Part shown: positions 1-8,189 of the stretch, one piece after another
How the letters are laid out: each line of letters begins with the position of its first letter
Numbering within the stretch: position 1 is the stretch's first letter
Assembly: GCA_964647565.1 (NCBI GenBank)
Contig: CAZYIM010000019.1
Span: 31,155 to 51,522, forward strand
Length of the DNA: 20,368 nucleotides
Direction of reading: 5' to 3'
Origin: an uncultured Methanosarcinales archaeon
GTDB taxonomy: Archaea; Nanobdellota; Nanobdellia; Woesearchaeales; CAZYIM01
Position numbers and translations under genes: made by a program
The notes under the pieces: model-generated
The model's input: only the letters and a program-made list of their open reading frames with translations
Database searches by the model: none
Told to the model about the DNA's origin: nothing

Positions 1-99
1 AAAAATTATCCATTCCATTCAATGTTCTTATCATCGCTGTTTTATAAATATTACTAAGTTTCTAACAAGTTTTTTATAGACGAATCGATTCCATCTACC

Positions 100-651
100 A
101 TGCCAGTTTCAATGAATAATGTTCTAAAATATATTTATCAGGATCTGGTTGTTGAGCAGAGCGACATCAGTACAGCCCTGCTACTCTACAAAGACCAGAT
201 AGCCTATGACACCCTTAAGCAGATGCATGACAAGGCAAAGTCAAAGGGTCATAACACCATCTGGATTGAGAACTCCAAAGACCAACTTGAATTCTGGACC
301 AGGTTTTGGAACGGATTGGATTTTGAAAAGCCAGAACAACCGGATTATGTCATGAACAGCTCATACAATCTTTCAGAGATTATACAAGGAGCAATAATCA
401 AATATGATTTACATCCCCAGCTTTTCATCCCTAATCTTGAAAAGGTGTTCTATGACTTTGATATTGCCAACAGGGACAAGAAAGCCAGATTTAACGCTTG
501 TTTAAGAACAATATGGCAAGATCCGGAGAGTTCTCTAAGCATCTTTGCTTCTGTATGGGATAACGGAACAGAAGCATTCGACAAAACCTTAAATGAGTAT
601 AAATACCCATTTTATTCTTCTAACTTCAGAAATATAAGAGTAAAAGAATAA
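100..651 (+). CDS. Hypothetical protein, possibly a degenerate (inactive) P-loop/STAND-like ATPase domain
   Basis: 183-aa ORF with TATA-like TTTATAGA at 73-80 about 20 nt before the ATG. Segments LFIPNLE, LRTIWQ and YPFYSSNFRNIRV recall archaeal ATPase domains, but there is no Walker A. Confidence 0.7.
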   Translation: MPVSMNNVLKYIYQDLVVEQSDISTALLLYKDQIAYDTLKQMHDKAKSKGHNTIWIENSKDQLEFWTRFWNGLDFEKPEQPDYVMNSSYNLSEIIQGAIIKYDLHPQLFIPNLEKVFYDFDIANRDKKARFNACLRTIWQDPESSLSIFASVWDNGTEAFDKTLNEYKYPFYSSNFRNIRVKE

Positions 652-658
652 AAAAAAA
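650..658 (-). terminator. Oligo-T tract directly after the rps6e stop
   Basis: A9 on the + strand is T9 on the minus strand, typical of archaeal terminators. Confidence 0.45.
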
Positions 659-1501
659 TCAGTCCTTCTTCTTTTCTTTCTTTTCTTCAGAAGATTCTTC
701 AGCAGGAGTCTCAGGCACCTCTTCAGCAGGAATATCTTCAGCAGGAGCCTCATCTTTAGCTTCCTCAGCAGGAGCTTCCTCAACAGGAGCTTCTTGCTCC
801 TCAGCAGGCTTCTCTTCAGGGGCTTCCTCTTCCTTAGGAGCCTCTTCAGCCTTAACTTCCTCTTTAGGCTCTTCTTCCTTAGGTGCTTCTTCAGCAGGAG
901 CCTCTTCAGCAGGTTTTTCCTCTCCCTTAGCTTCCTCAGGTTTAGCCTCCTCAGCAGGGGCCTCTTCAGCCTTAGCTTCCTCTTTAGGCTCTTCTTCCTT
1001 AGGAGCTTCCTCTTCCTTAGCTTCCTCAGGTTTAGCCTCCTCAGGTTTAGCCTCCTCAGCAGGTTTTTCTTCTGCTTTAGGTTCTTCCTTTGGTGCTTCT
1101 GCAGGAGCAGAATCGCTCTCAGCAGCAGGAGCAACAACCTCTAAGTTCTCCTTACCATACTTCAGAATCTTAAGATTTATCTGTGAAATTCTTGAATGGA
1201 TTGTATTGGCAGCAACCAGTTTCCGGATTCTCATACCCTTCCTGTTGTGCCGGGTTCCAACACCTCCAGAAATAAGCACTCGCTTCCTTGCCTTACCACG
1301 TACATCAGGCCTCATCGGAAAACCACAGTGGTCTGAACCGCCTGTAATCTCAAACTCATAGCCAGCCAAGTTAATTGCCTCTCCTTTGATCTTGTCACCT
1401 ATACTCTTATCTAGGAAAACATTTGCATCAGCGTCCTTGACTTCACGCTTGTAGCATTTTCCGTTTTTAGGATCTCCTATATTCAGTTTAAATTCTGCCA
1501 T
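659..1501 (-). CDS. rps6e: 30S ribosomal protein S6e (eS6) with a long acidic low-complexity C-terminal tail
   Basis: MAEFKLNIGDPK...GYEFEITGGSDHCGFPMRPDV...QINLKI is the eS6 signature. Start moved to ATG 1501, which follows a GGGGAG SD-like sequence. Confidence 0.97.
   Translation of the reverse strand: MAEFKLNIGDPKNGKCYKREVKDADANVFLDKSIGDKIKGEAINLAGYEFEITGGSDHCGFPMRPDVRGKARKRVLISGGVGTRHNRKGMRIRKLVAANTIHSRISQINLKILKYGKENLEVVAPAAESDSAPAEAPKEEPKAEEKPAEEAKPEEAKPEEAKEEEAPKEEEPKEEAKAEEAPAEEAKPEEAKGEEKPAEEAPAEEAPKEEEPKEEVKAEEAPKEEEAPEEKPAEEQEAPVEEAPAEEAKDEAPAEDIPAEEVPETPAEESSEEKKEKKKD
700..1110 (-). repeat. Coding low-complexity repeat (E/A/P/K pentapeptide units, with a 120-nt duplication)
   Basis: EEAPA/EEAKP/EEEPK units. 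841-883 and 961-1003 differ at one base. Confidence 0.9.
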
Positions 1502-1511
1502 TTTCGTTACA

Positions 1512-1580
1512 TTCTCCCCGAGGAATCGCATACCCACGCTAAAGCGTGTACAGAGAATCGCGTCCTCAGTAAAGAGAGAG
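1512..1580 (-). promoter_or_regulatory. Structured 5' leader of rps6e
   Basis: Minus-strand stems CUGAGGA/UCCUCGG, CGCG/UGCG and CACGC-UUUA-GCGUG lie between the TATA (1593-1600) and the SD. Confidence 0.6.
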
Positions 1581-1685
1581 AATTCTAGTTGCTTTATAAA
1601 GGTATTGGAAAACCCTTGGTTTTTTGAACCTTAAAAATATGAAATATTTCTATTGGTATTGGAAAATAAAGCTTTTAAAAACGAT

Positions 1686-1773
1686 AAAAATCACAACAAC
1701 AAAGGCACGGACGCTCTTTTTCTTCGAAAAAGTGCTACTCGGCTATGCCTCGCCCGGCCTTATTGTGATTTTT
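1686..1773. repeat. Intergenic inverted-repeat/REP-like structured element
   Basis: Perfect 11-bp IR AAAAATCACAA/TTGTGATTTTT enclosing AAGGC/GCCTT, CGGACG/CGCCCG and a CTTTTTC-TTC-GAAAAAG hairpin. Confidence 0.55.
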
Positions 1774-1832
1774 CAGATAATTCACCCCTGATAAGTGATA
1801 AATTTATAAATGGCGATACTTTCTTAGAAAAA

Positions 1833-2474
1833 ATGAGAATCCTAACATTAGAAATGCTATCTCCAGAGGACCAATGTGTTGATCTGAACGGTCCAAATAT
1901 GGATCCGACAGCATATCCTGGCCAGGACTCTGTTGTGTTTAGAGACAATCAAATCAATAAGGCCGTGCATGTTTATCAGAACCATATAGCCTATGAACAG
2001 ATATTAAAATATGCACAACATGTCAATATTGCAAAAGCATCATTCGAAAAACATCCGTTCATAGAGAAAATAGAATTCGAGAAGAAGAGTTATGATGTCA
2101 TAGTCGGCATAAATCCTGTGGAAGAAGTGGGCGAAAAATTATTTGAAATGCAAGGAAATAGAACCAGAAGAGCATATACATTAAGCCCGTTTATAGAAGG
2201 ATCCTCTTTATGTTGGCCAAATCAAGCTAACAATGATGAACAGTTTGCTGTCGCAAAATGTTTTGACATGTTATTTTACGACAGGATTGATAATGCGCTT
2301 TATTCTCAAACGAATATTAACGGAATAGACATCAATCCCGTCAATGTCAAGTATGCAATCGACAAGGATCAACAAAAAATATCTCTAACAATCACTGATC
2401 TTGCAAAGAATATCGGAGATGTTGGATTAGATTTTAAGAATATAGATTTTTTATTTGGAATTAAAAAAGGTTGA
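1833..2474 (+). CDS. Hypothetical protein with protein-kinase-like motifs
   Basis: Start moved to ATG 1833 (TTTATAAA at 1803-1810). Motifs in order: PGQDSVVF, KAVHVY, SPFIEGSSL, GIDINPVNV, ITDLA. Confidence 0.6.
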   Translation: MRILTLEMLSPEDQCVDLNGPNMDPTAYPGQDSVVFRDNQINKAVHVYQNHIAYEQILKYAQHVNIAKASFEKHPFIEKIEFEKKSYDVIVGINPVEEVGEKLFEMQGNRTRRAYTLSPFIEGSSLCWPNQANNDEQFAVAKCFDMLFYDRIDNALYSQTNINGIDINPVNVKYAIDKDQQKISLTITDLAKNIGDVGLDFKNIDFLFGIKKG

Positions 2475-2521
2475 TATTTCAAAAAACAACCTTTAAAAGA
2501 GCAACTGATTTCTTTATCATC

Positions 2522-3480
2522 ATGAACTTCCAAGACTTAAAAACTGTTGAAAAGGCTGACTTTTACCTAGATGTGGCGTTTAAGCAGGCCAATAACAGGG
2601 CTTCTGTACTCAGATCTAGTCTGAAAAGTCTTAACAGGCTTGAAAAATCTAAGAGAATTGAGTTGGCACGTATTGAAAAGATCAATGGCGTATTGATCAA
2701 GCATATGGACAATATAATCAAGTCATTTCCGAACATCGATAATTTGGCAGAGTTCTACATTGAGCTGGTCAAGATAACCCTGGAATATAGTGAGCTGAAG
2801 AAGTCCTTAGGTGCTGTGAATTGGGCTAAAAAGACAATCGCAGACATCTTCAGAAAATATCATTCCAAGATAAGGGGTACAAGAGATTATCAGAGGGTAG
2901 AAAGGAGTTCTCTGGCAGGATCTCCTCTGTTATGAAGCAGATCAACAAGAATCTGACGTTTCTTGAAGAATGCAGAAAGATCATGAAAAGCTATCCTGCT
3001 GTTAAGACAGGTATGTTCACAGTGGCCATTGCAGGCTTTCCGAATGTCGGTAAAACAACTCTTTTGACCAAGCTCACCTCTTCAAAAGCAGAAATCCGCG
3101 AGTATGCATTCACCACCAAGACTCTGAACTTGGGCTATTTTGAACAAGATTTCCAGAAAATCCAGTTTATCGATACCCCTGGCACCTTAAACAGGTTCAA
3201 TAAGATGAATGATATCGAGAAGATGGCATACCTGGCAATAAAGTACCAAACAGATGTAATTGTTTATATCTTTGATCTTACAGAGACATATCCTATTGAA
3301 GAACAAAAACAACTGCTCAAAACACTTGAGGATTTCGACAAGCCTATCATCATTTACCTTAGCAAGACGGATATTGTTGATAAAAAAGTTTTAGCTACTT
3401 TTAGAAAATCAGTCAAGAATACAATAGTTGATATAGCTGTCTTAAAAAAGAAGATAATTAAAGAATCTGAAGAAGATTAA
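2522..3480 (+). pseudogene. NOG1-family (nucleolar GTP-binding protein-like) GTPase, split by a frameshift near 2896-2902
   Basis: Helical N-terminal domain MNFQDLKTVEKADFYLDVAF in one frame. RKEFSGRISSVMKQI, G1 GFPNVGKT, G2 YAFTT, G3 DTPG and G4 SKTD are in the next frame. May be an intact gene with a sequence error. Confidence 0.8.
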
Positions 3481-4016
3481 GCAGTCTCTGCGACTTCGTT
3501 CTTCTCTACTTCTATTGTACAAGAACAAGGAAGCTTATGCTGTGCTTTTTTAAGAGCACCCTTTGCAAAATTAATATTAGACTCATCAACATCTACCTGC
3601 ATCACAGTTTGGCCTTTCATAATCCTCGCAGCAACACCAATAGACTTACCATAAGACTTGGCCATTCCCGTACTCATTCGGTCTGCTCCAGCACCTGCAG
3701 CTAAGGGATTCTCCCTAAGAACATGATGAGGATAAGTCAAGATCTTCAGACAATAAGCTGTTTTTCCGCAATTAGTCTCCATATGCCTGTTGGAGGTCTG
3801 CCTTGCAGACTCAAAGGCATTATGCCTGATCTGGATGTCATTTTTGGATTTAAGTACGATAGTATAGTCAAATTTCTTCCTAAGGTTGCCCATATTGAAC
3901 TTGACGATCTTACTATTGGGAACTGCTCTAACAAAAGATTTCTTTCTATACTTACTCTTTCTAGTAAATGGCCTTTCCAGTTTCCTATACGATCGTGCTT
4001 TTCTTAGCTTTGCCAT
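3477..4016 (-). CDS. rpl10e: 50S ribosomal protein L16/L10e (uL16)
   Basis: QIRHNAFESAR and YPHHVLRENPLAAGAGADRMSTGM are archaeal L10e signatures. Confidence 0.98.
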   Translation of the reverse strand: MAKLRKARSYRKLERPFTRKSKYRKKSFVRAVPNSKIVKFNMGNLRKKFDYTIVLKSKNDIQIRHNAFESARQTSNRHMETNCGKTAYCLKILTYPHHVLRENPLAAGAGADRMSTGMAKSYGKSIGVAARIMKGQTVMQVDVDESNINFAKGALKKAQHKLPCSCTIEVEKNEVAETA

Positions 4017-4129
4017 AGCTAGTTGGAAAAATAAAGTATTTAAAAAGGTTGTGATAAAAAAGAGAAATATTTATATCTTTTCACGACGTTCTTTTTGTAA
4101 TCTGTTATGATTATCAGGGGGTTTTAATA

Positions 4130-4918
4130 ATGAATCTAAAAAGAAAAAAGCATAATAATACAGAAGAAGTAGTGTTTGCTGTACAAGATAGTGATCATCC
4201 AGAGGATTTTCCACCTCCAGAGCCACAAAAACCAAAGAAAAGGAAGAAACGGCTTGGCAAGAGGCATCTTTTTCTCTTCACCATAGGTTTAACCCTTGCT
4301 GCGCGTCATTTTGGCCTGCAATGGTATGATGGATATCAAAACAACCAGAAATTCCCTATCGAAATAAAATCAGAGGTTGGCAAGATTGCATTTGATCTGA
4401 AAGCTGTTAAAAACAACGCCAAAAAGGTCTATAAATTAATGGAGAAAAAAGAGGAGAACAAGCTTTATGCTGTTGAACAGGGCTTGGAAATATCAAGTGG
4501 TTACAAACTTCTGAAAATCGGATTTACTCCTGATCAAAAACCATCTGAATATAGCTTTGCCGACTCAACTGCTGCAGCTTCTAATCTTGAGAAGATGTCC
4601 ATGGAGTTCAATAAGAATGAGGCTATATTTACGGTTTATAGAGAGAATAATTCAGAGAAGTCAATATCAATCGGTATGATGAACGTAGTGGGTGTAAATG
4701 AACACAGTGAAATTGCAGATCATAAGCTCGATGATGTAGTTGAGGGATATGTAGTTGTGTTGTCAAATCCAAATTTGTCATTAGAAACCTCTAGGGCTCC
4801 TCTGAATGAGTTCGAGTACGAGACTGTAAAGAATGACCTCTACAAGCTTAATCAGGCCCTGGAGACAGTAATTGCCCAATTAGATCAGAAAAAAGAAAAG
4901 AAATTCGGGATATTCTAA
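4130..4918 (+). CDS. Hypothetical membrane-anchored protein
   Basis: 262-aa ORF with a basic patch (KPKKRKKRLGKR) followed by a hydrophobic segment (LFLFTIGLTLAA). Confidence 0.75.
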   Translation: MNLKRKKHNNTEEVVFAVQDSDHPEDFPPPEPQKPKKRKKRLGKRHLFLFTIGLTLAARHFGLQWYDGYQNNQKFPIEIKSEVGKIAFDLKAVKNNAKKVYKLMEKKEENKLYAVEQGLEISSGYKLLKIGFTPDQKPSEYSFADSTAAASNLEKMSMEFNKNEAIFTVYRENNSEKSISIGMMNVVGVNEHSEIADHKLDDVVEGYVVVLSNPNLSLETSRAPLNEFEYETVKNDLYKLNQALETVIAQLDQKKEKKFGIF

Positions 4919-5212
4919 GAATCAGTATTATGACTTTCTTTTATTATTTTTTCAATACCATAAGTCTTCTTAAGGCTGTTAATCAGATCCTGATGGTCTT
5001 CTGAAACTGAATAGAAAACCTTATTGTCAGTTGTCAGGGAAAAGCTTGAACTTAAAATTCCTGGGATGCCACCCTTCTGCATGAGAAAAATCTTTACAGT
5101 GGTTCTGCCACCTTCCTGAAGAAACTGATAGCTGCAACCCGCTAATTGTTTTTTTGAATAATTCGTAAAAAGGCGCCAATATTTCTTTTGTTCATCTACA
5201 AAGCGGCTTCAT
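4915..5212 (-). CDS. Small hypothetical protein, copy 1 (not in the ORF track; start codon out of frame by +1)
   Basis: Open frame ...VDEQKKYWRLFTNYSKKQLAGCSYQFLQEGGRTTVKIFLMQKGGIPG...NTDS* is paralogous to 10025-10322, with many synonymous differences. TATA at 5233-5240. Confidence 0.6.
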
Positions 5213-5254
5213 GCAAGAAAGAAATGAACAAAATTATAAAAATGTTTTAGTTTA
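4938..5254. repeat. Direct repeat copy 1 (copy 2 at +5110)
   Basis: 5100-5254 matches 10210-10364 with one mismatch. 5006-5042 is identical to 10116-10152. The remainder is diverged but colinear. Confidence 0.97.
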
Positions 5255-5256
5255 TT

Positions 5257-5399
5257 GGCTCTGTCCAGAATGCTTACTCAGAGAATTTTCCCGCGCTTCG
5301 TACCCAGCATGTTATCAGCTGTAAACAGATTCTATTTAAATCAGATCCTGAACACTTGGCCACGCTAGGCGGGATAAATCCTCCTTTCTGGACAGAACC
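5257..5399. mobile_element. MITE-like element (143 bp, 14-bp terminal inverted repeats) or structured RNA
   Basis: GGCTCTGTCCAGAA ... TTCTGGACAGAACC (13/14). Flanks gTTTATT / aTTTATT. The interior folds into a long minus-strand hairpin. Confidence 0.6.
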
Positions 5400-5523
5400 A
5401 TTTATTGAGTTTTATATCATCGGAAACATCCCAAAAAAAACATCAGGGCTGTTAAAGAAGGATTATCACGACAAGATAATATTGAATAGAAAAAAAATTA
5501 AAAAAAAATTGACTAGTAACCCA

Positions 5524-6162
5524 TTAATGGAACGTTGGCTTGGTATAAGCTGCGTCATTATTAAGGGTCACAGCCTTCTCAAGATCCTTGTGAGGATAAT
5601 CACGCGAAGAATGGTTGTTATCTAAGTAAACTGGAGCTTCAAGATATGTATGGCATTTTCTAAGTGTTTCGAACTGTTCTGCTCTTCTTTGCTTTTGAGG
5701 TTGCTCCATCGTATATTCTTTCTCAGTACCATGCAATACCACAAATTTATCGTAATTACTGCTTCCCTTCACATTCTTCATATCCCACCCAGTCTCCTGA
5801 AGAATACACGCTTTAGTCAGTGCAAGCATGGTATTTTCTGCTACCTGAATAACATCCTGACTCCTCGGATTCTTATTCAGATCATAGAGTTTTGTTGTTG
5901 TAAAATCAAGATCTTTTAGCTTTTTCTTCACACCTTTATCCTGTTTACCCACTTCTTTTACTCTTTTTGGCGACATATGACTTGCGTAGTTCACATACTC
6001 GTCGGTCTCATACTCCTTTCCGCTGATTTCAGTGAATAATCCAAGAATATGTCCAATCATATCGTTATGAACAAAGATTTCCCTAAGATTTCCAGATGCC
6101 CTTACCTCATCCACAGTGTCCTCGCTAGAGTCTTGGTTTGCTCCGATATAAAATATTGCCAC
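5524..6162 (-). CDS. Hypothetical protein
   Basis: 212-aa ORF, GTG start preceded by GAGGTGG SD, BRE-TATA near 6221-6236 and T-tracts downstream. Confidence 0.8.
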   Translation of the reverse strand: MAIFYIGANQDSSEDTVDEVRASGNLREIFVHNDMIGHILGLFTEISGKEYETDEYVNYASHMSPKRVKEVGKQDKGVKKKLKDLDFTTTKLYDLNKNPRSQDVIQVAENTMLALTKACILQETGWDMKNVKGSSNYDKFVVLHGTEKEYTMEQPQKQRRAEQFETLRKCHTYLEAPVYLDNNHSSRDYPHKDLEKAVTLNNDAAYTKPTFH

Positions 6163-6239
6163 TTTCCCACCTCTTTTTTGATTAAATATCTCAAATATGC
6201 TATTATTATTGATTCTGATCTTTATAAATGTTTCGTTTT

Positions 6240-6259
6240 TTAGTACTGTTCAGTAGTAA
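6240..6259. promoter_or_regulatory. Palindromic operator-like motif, copy a
   Basis: TTAGTA-CTGTTCAG-TAGTAA (one mismatch to consensus), directly upstream of the minus-strand AAAACGAAACATTTATAAA BRE-TATA. Confidence 0.55.
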
Positions 6260-6309
6260 AATTACAATGAAGAATACTAAAAAAACAGAAAAATATCATA
6301 AAAGAAAGA

Positions 6310-7257
6310 TCAAAATGGACAAAAAATCATCACATGTTCTTTTGTCATAGTAGAGATATCAAAGTCAACATATTGTTTCTTGAATTCCTCGCGAAATCCA
6401 TCAATAATAGACTTCAACTCACGACCACTCTTAACATGAATCTCAATAGTAAGATCGTATTTCCCAAGTAACTCCAGTGCAAACAAGCAACTATTAGTGT
6501 TGTCAAAATATTCTATCACTTTATGCCTTATTGCTTGGTTAATAAGCGATATATTGATCTGGATAAATTCCAATCCCAGTTTGTCAAAGTTCGGAGCAGT
6601 AACATAGCCTAAAACTATCTTATCTTTCTTTAATTTCCTCAGCCTATAAGCTATTGTTTTACAGTCAATTCCTGATTTTTTAGATATTTCCAACAAAGGC
6701 ATACGCGCATTCCCCGATATTAATTTCAGAATCTTTCCATCCACTTGATGAAGCTCATATGATCCTAAAGAATACGGATAGTGCAAGTCAATAGTCTGTT
6801 CTTGATAAAAGAATTTCTGGTTAAGCCTTCTTGTAGTCAGCACTGTGTGTATGTACTTCTCGTTTACAAGATGACCATGATTTTCCATGAATTGCGTCAT
6901 GAGCCCGTACATCTCCTCAGCACTCTTAACCATTAGAAGCAAGATACAGTCATAATATCCTGAAACACTACCTAAATAGGCTGTCTTGGGGTTCTGCTTA
7001 AAATATTCGATAACTTCTGCTTCTTCTTCGGGTGTTGCATTTAATTTAAGGTAAAGCTTGTAGTAATAGAATCCTAGTTTCGATGTATTGAACACAGCAT
7101 AATACCCCTTAATAAACTTGTTTTGCAAAAGCCTTCTGATCCTAAAAGCAATTGTCTCTTTTGATTTGGAGAATTTCTTGGCCAGAGCAGATGCACTAAC
7201 CCTAGCATTCAGATCAAGTTCATACATAATTCGGCTATCTAATAAATCTAAAGCCAT
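6310..7257 (-). CDS. Lrp/AsnC-family transcriptional regulator, tandem double-domain type
   Basis: Two wHTH+RAM units: LDSRIMYELDLNARVSASALAK...GYYDCIL and DGKILKLISGNARMPLLEISK...GKYDLTI. Start taken as ATG 7257. Confidence 0.93.
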   Translation of the reverse strand: MALDLLDSRIMYELDLNARVSASALAKKFSKSKETIAFRIRRLLQNKFIKGYYAVFNTSKLGFYYYKLYLKLNATPEEEAEVIEYFKQNPKTAYLGSVSGYYDCILLLMVKSAEEMYGLMTQFMENHGHLVNEKYIHTVLTTRRLNQKFFYQEQTIDLHYPYSLGSYELHQVDGKILKLISGNARMPLLEISKKSGIDCKTIAYRLRKLKKDKIVLGYVTAPNFDKLGLEFIQINISLINQAIRHKVIEYFDNTNSCLFALELLGKYDLTIEIHVKSGRELKSIIDGFREEFKKQYVDFDISTMTKEHVMIFCPF

Positions 7258-7342
7258 TAATTTACACAATAGTAAAACAATTATTTAAATTTTTCCTTTT
7301 TGTGTAATCATTTAATAGAAAAATTAATATATCACATCACAT

Positions 7343-7362
7343 TCACCATCAAATAATAGTAA
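7343..7362. promoter_or_regulatory. Palindromic operator-like motif, copy b
   Basis: TCACCA-TCAAATAA-TAGTAA upstream of the 7393 gene. Confidence 0.45.
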
Positions 7363-7392
7363 CAAAATTTAAGATTAAAAGAGGTGAAAAAA

Positions 7393-7749
7393 ATGATAAA
7401 AACATACATCATATCCAAAAAATTAGAAGTAGCAATATGGGACTTGGAAGGCAAAACACACAATCAATGCCAGATATTAGATAGTAATGAAAAACCCATC
7501 GGCTATATTGATGAAAAACTAACAGGATGGGATTGGGGACCCCCTACAAACGACCTGGTAAAAAAAGTAGCTCAGAAGTTTCCATACAAAGAAGGCGATA
7601 TTGTAACAACAGTAAATAGCGATAAAAAGTATGGAGGGAGTGGAAATAGTCTTGCAGAGGTCTATTCTGGAACGATAGAATCATTTAGTGGACTAACCAT
7701 CAGGAGATTCAAAGAAGCCCTGATTAAATACTCAGAGAAACAAGAATGA
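7393..7749 (+). CDS. Hypothetical protein, divergent from the Lrp gene
   Basis: GAGGTGA SD at 7381-7387 places the start at ATG 7393; 118 aa. Confidence 0.8.
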   Translation: MIKTYIISKKLEVAIWDLEGKTHNQCQILDSNEKPIGYIDEKLTGWDWGPPTNDLVKKVAQKFPYKEGDIVTTVNSDKKYGGSGNSLAEVYSGTIESFSGLTIRRFKEALIKYSEKQE

Positions 7750-7920
7750 TCCCTACATGACTGAACAGAGAAGAATTCAAAGCCATTAAATGTAAGAAGT
7801 TGATTCTTGCGAATAATATATGAGGAGATTCTTCTTTTTTATTCTCCCTTAATTTACTGTGTGTAACTAGGTGCTCAGGGTGTAGGAAGCATACGAAAAT
7901 TTGCTTTTGGCTCATATCAT

Positions 7921-8189
7921 AAAAATTTGTCGAAAGTGTTCTACCCCACCTAAACGCTTAACAATCAAAGATTGTTGACGTGTTAGAAATACAAATTATT
8001 TCAAACAGGGAGGGGTATGAACGAACACTTTCTTTAACAGGCGAATTTTTAGGACCCTTAGAAATCAAAGATTTCGGGGGTCCTAAAAATGCTAAAAGCA
8101 TTTCTATGATACCCAAAAATTTCGACCTGAAGATCAGGGTATTAAACCCACGACCAAAAAATTCCAGTCGAAATTATTTAGTATAAGAA
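7921..8189 (+). ncRNA. Candidate structured non-coding RNA or hairpin-rich repeat element (may extend left to about 7750)
   Basis: Perfect stems of 13 bp (8045-8057/8078-8090), 10 bp (7932-7941/8023-8032) and 9 bp (8118-8126/8167-8175). G-U pairs favour the + strand. Confidence 0.5.

Noticed and set aside
100..651. Linking the inactive STAND-like ORF to the MoxR-vWA operon as an iSTAND ternary system
   Set aside because: It lies about 10 kb away beyond ribosomal genes, and its fold assignment is itself tentative.
589..1144. Leu/Arg/Lys-rich ORF 589-1137 and Phe/Leu/Ser-rich ORF 794-1144
   Set aside because: Alternative-frame and antisense shadows of the eS6 low-complexity tail.
1653..1832. 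N-terminal 60 codons of the 273-aa ORF
   Set aside because: They run through the inverted-repeat element and lie upstream of or across a clear TATA box; ATG 1833 is the better start.
5211..5324. Short + strand ORF containing CPEC
   Set aside because: It crosses a promoter and the MITE-like TIR with no supporting expression signals, so it is probably chance.
5280..5325. Hammerhead-like CUGAUAA...GAAG on the minus strand
   Set aside because: Core residues deviate from CUGANGA/GAAA and the required stems are not evident.
7724..8186. ORFs 7724-7915 and 7980-8186
   Set aside because: Short, no convincing SD or promoter, and they overlap strongly base-paired sequence. RNase P, SRP and group I/II intron consensus motifs were also looked for here and not found.
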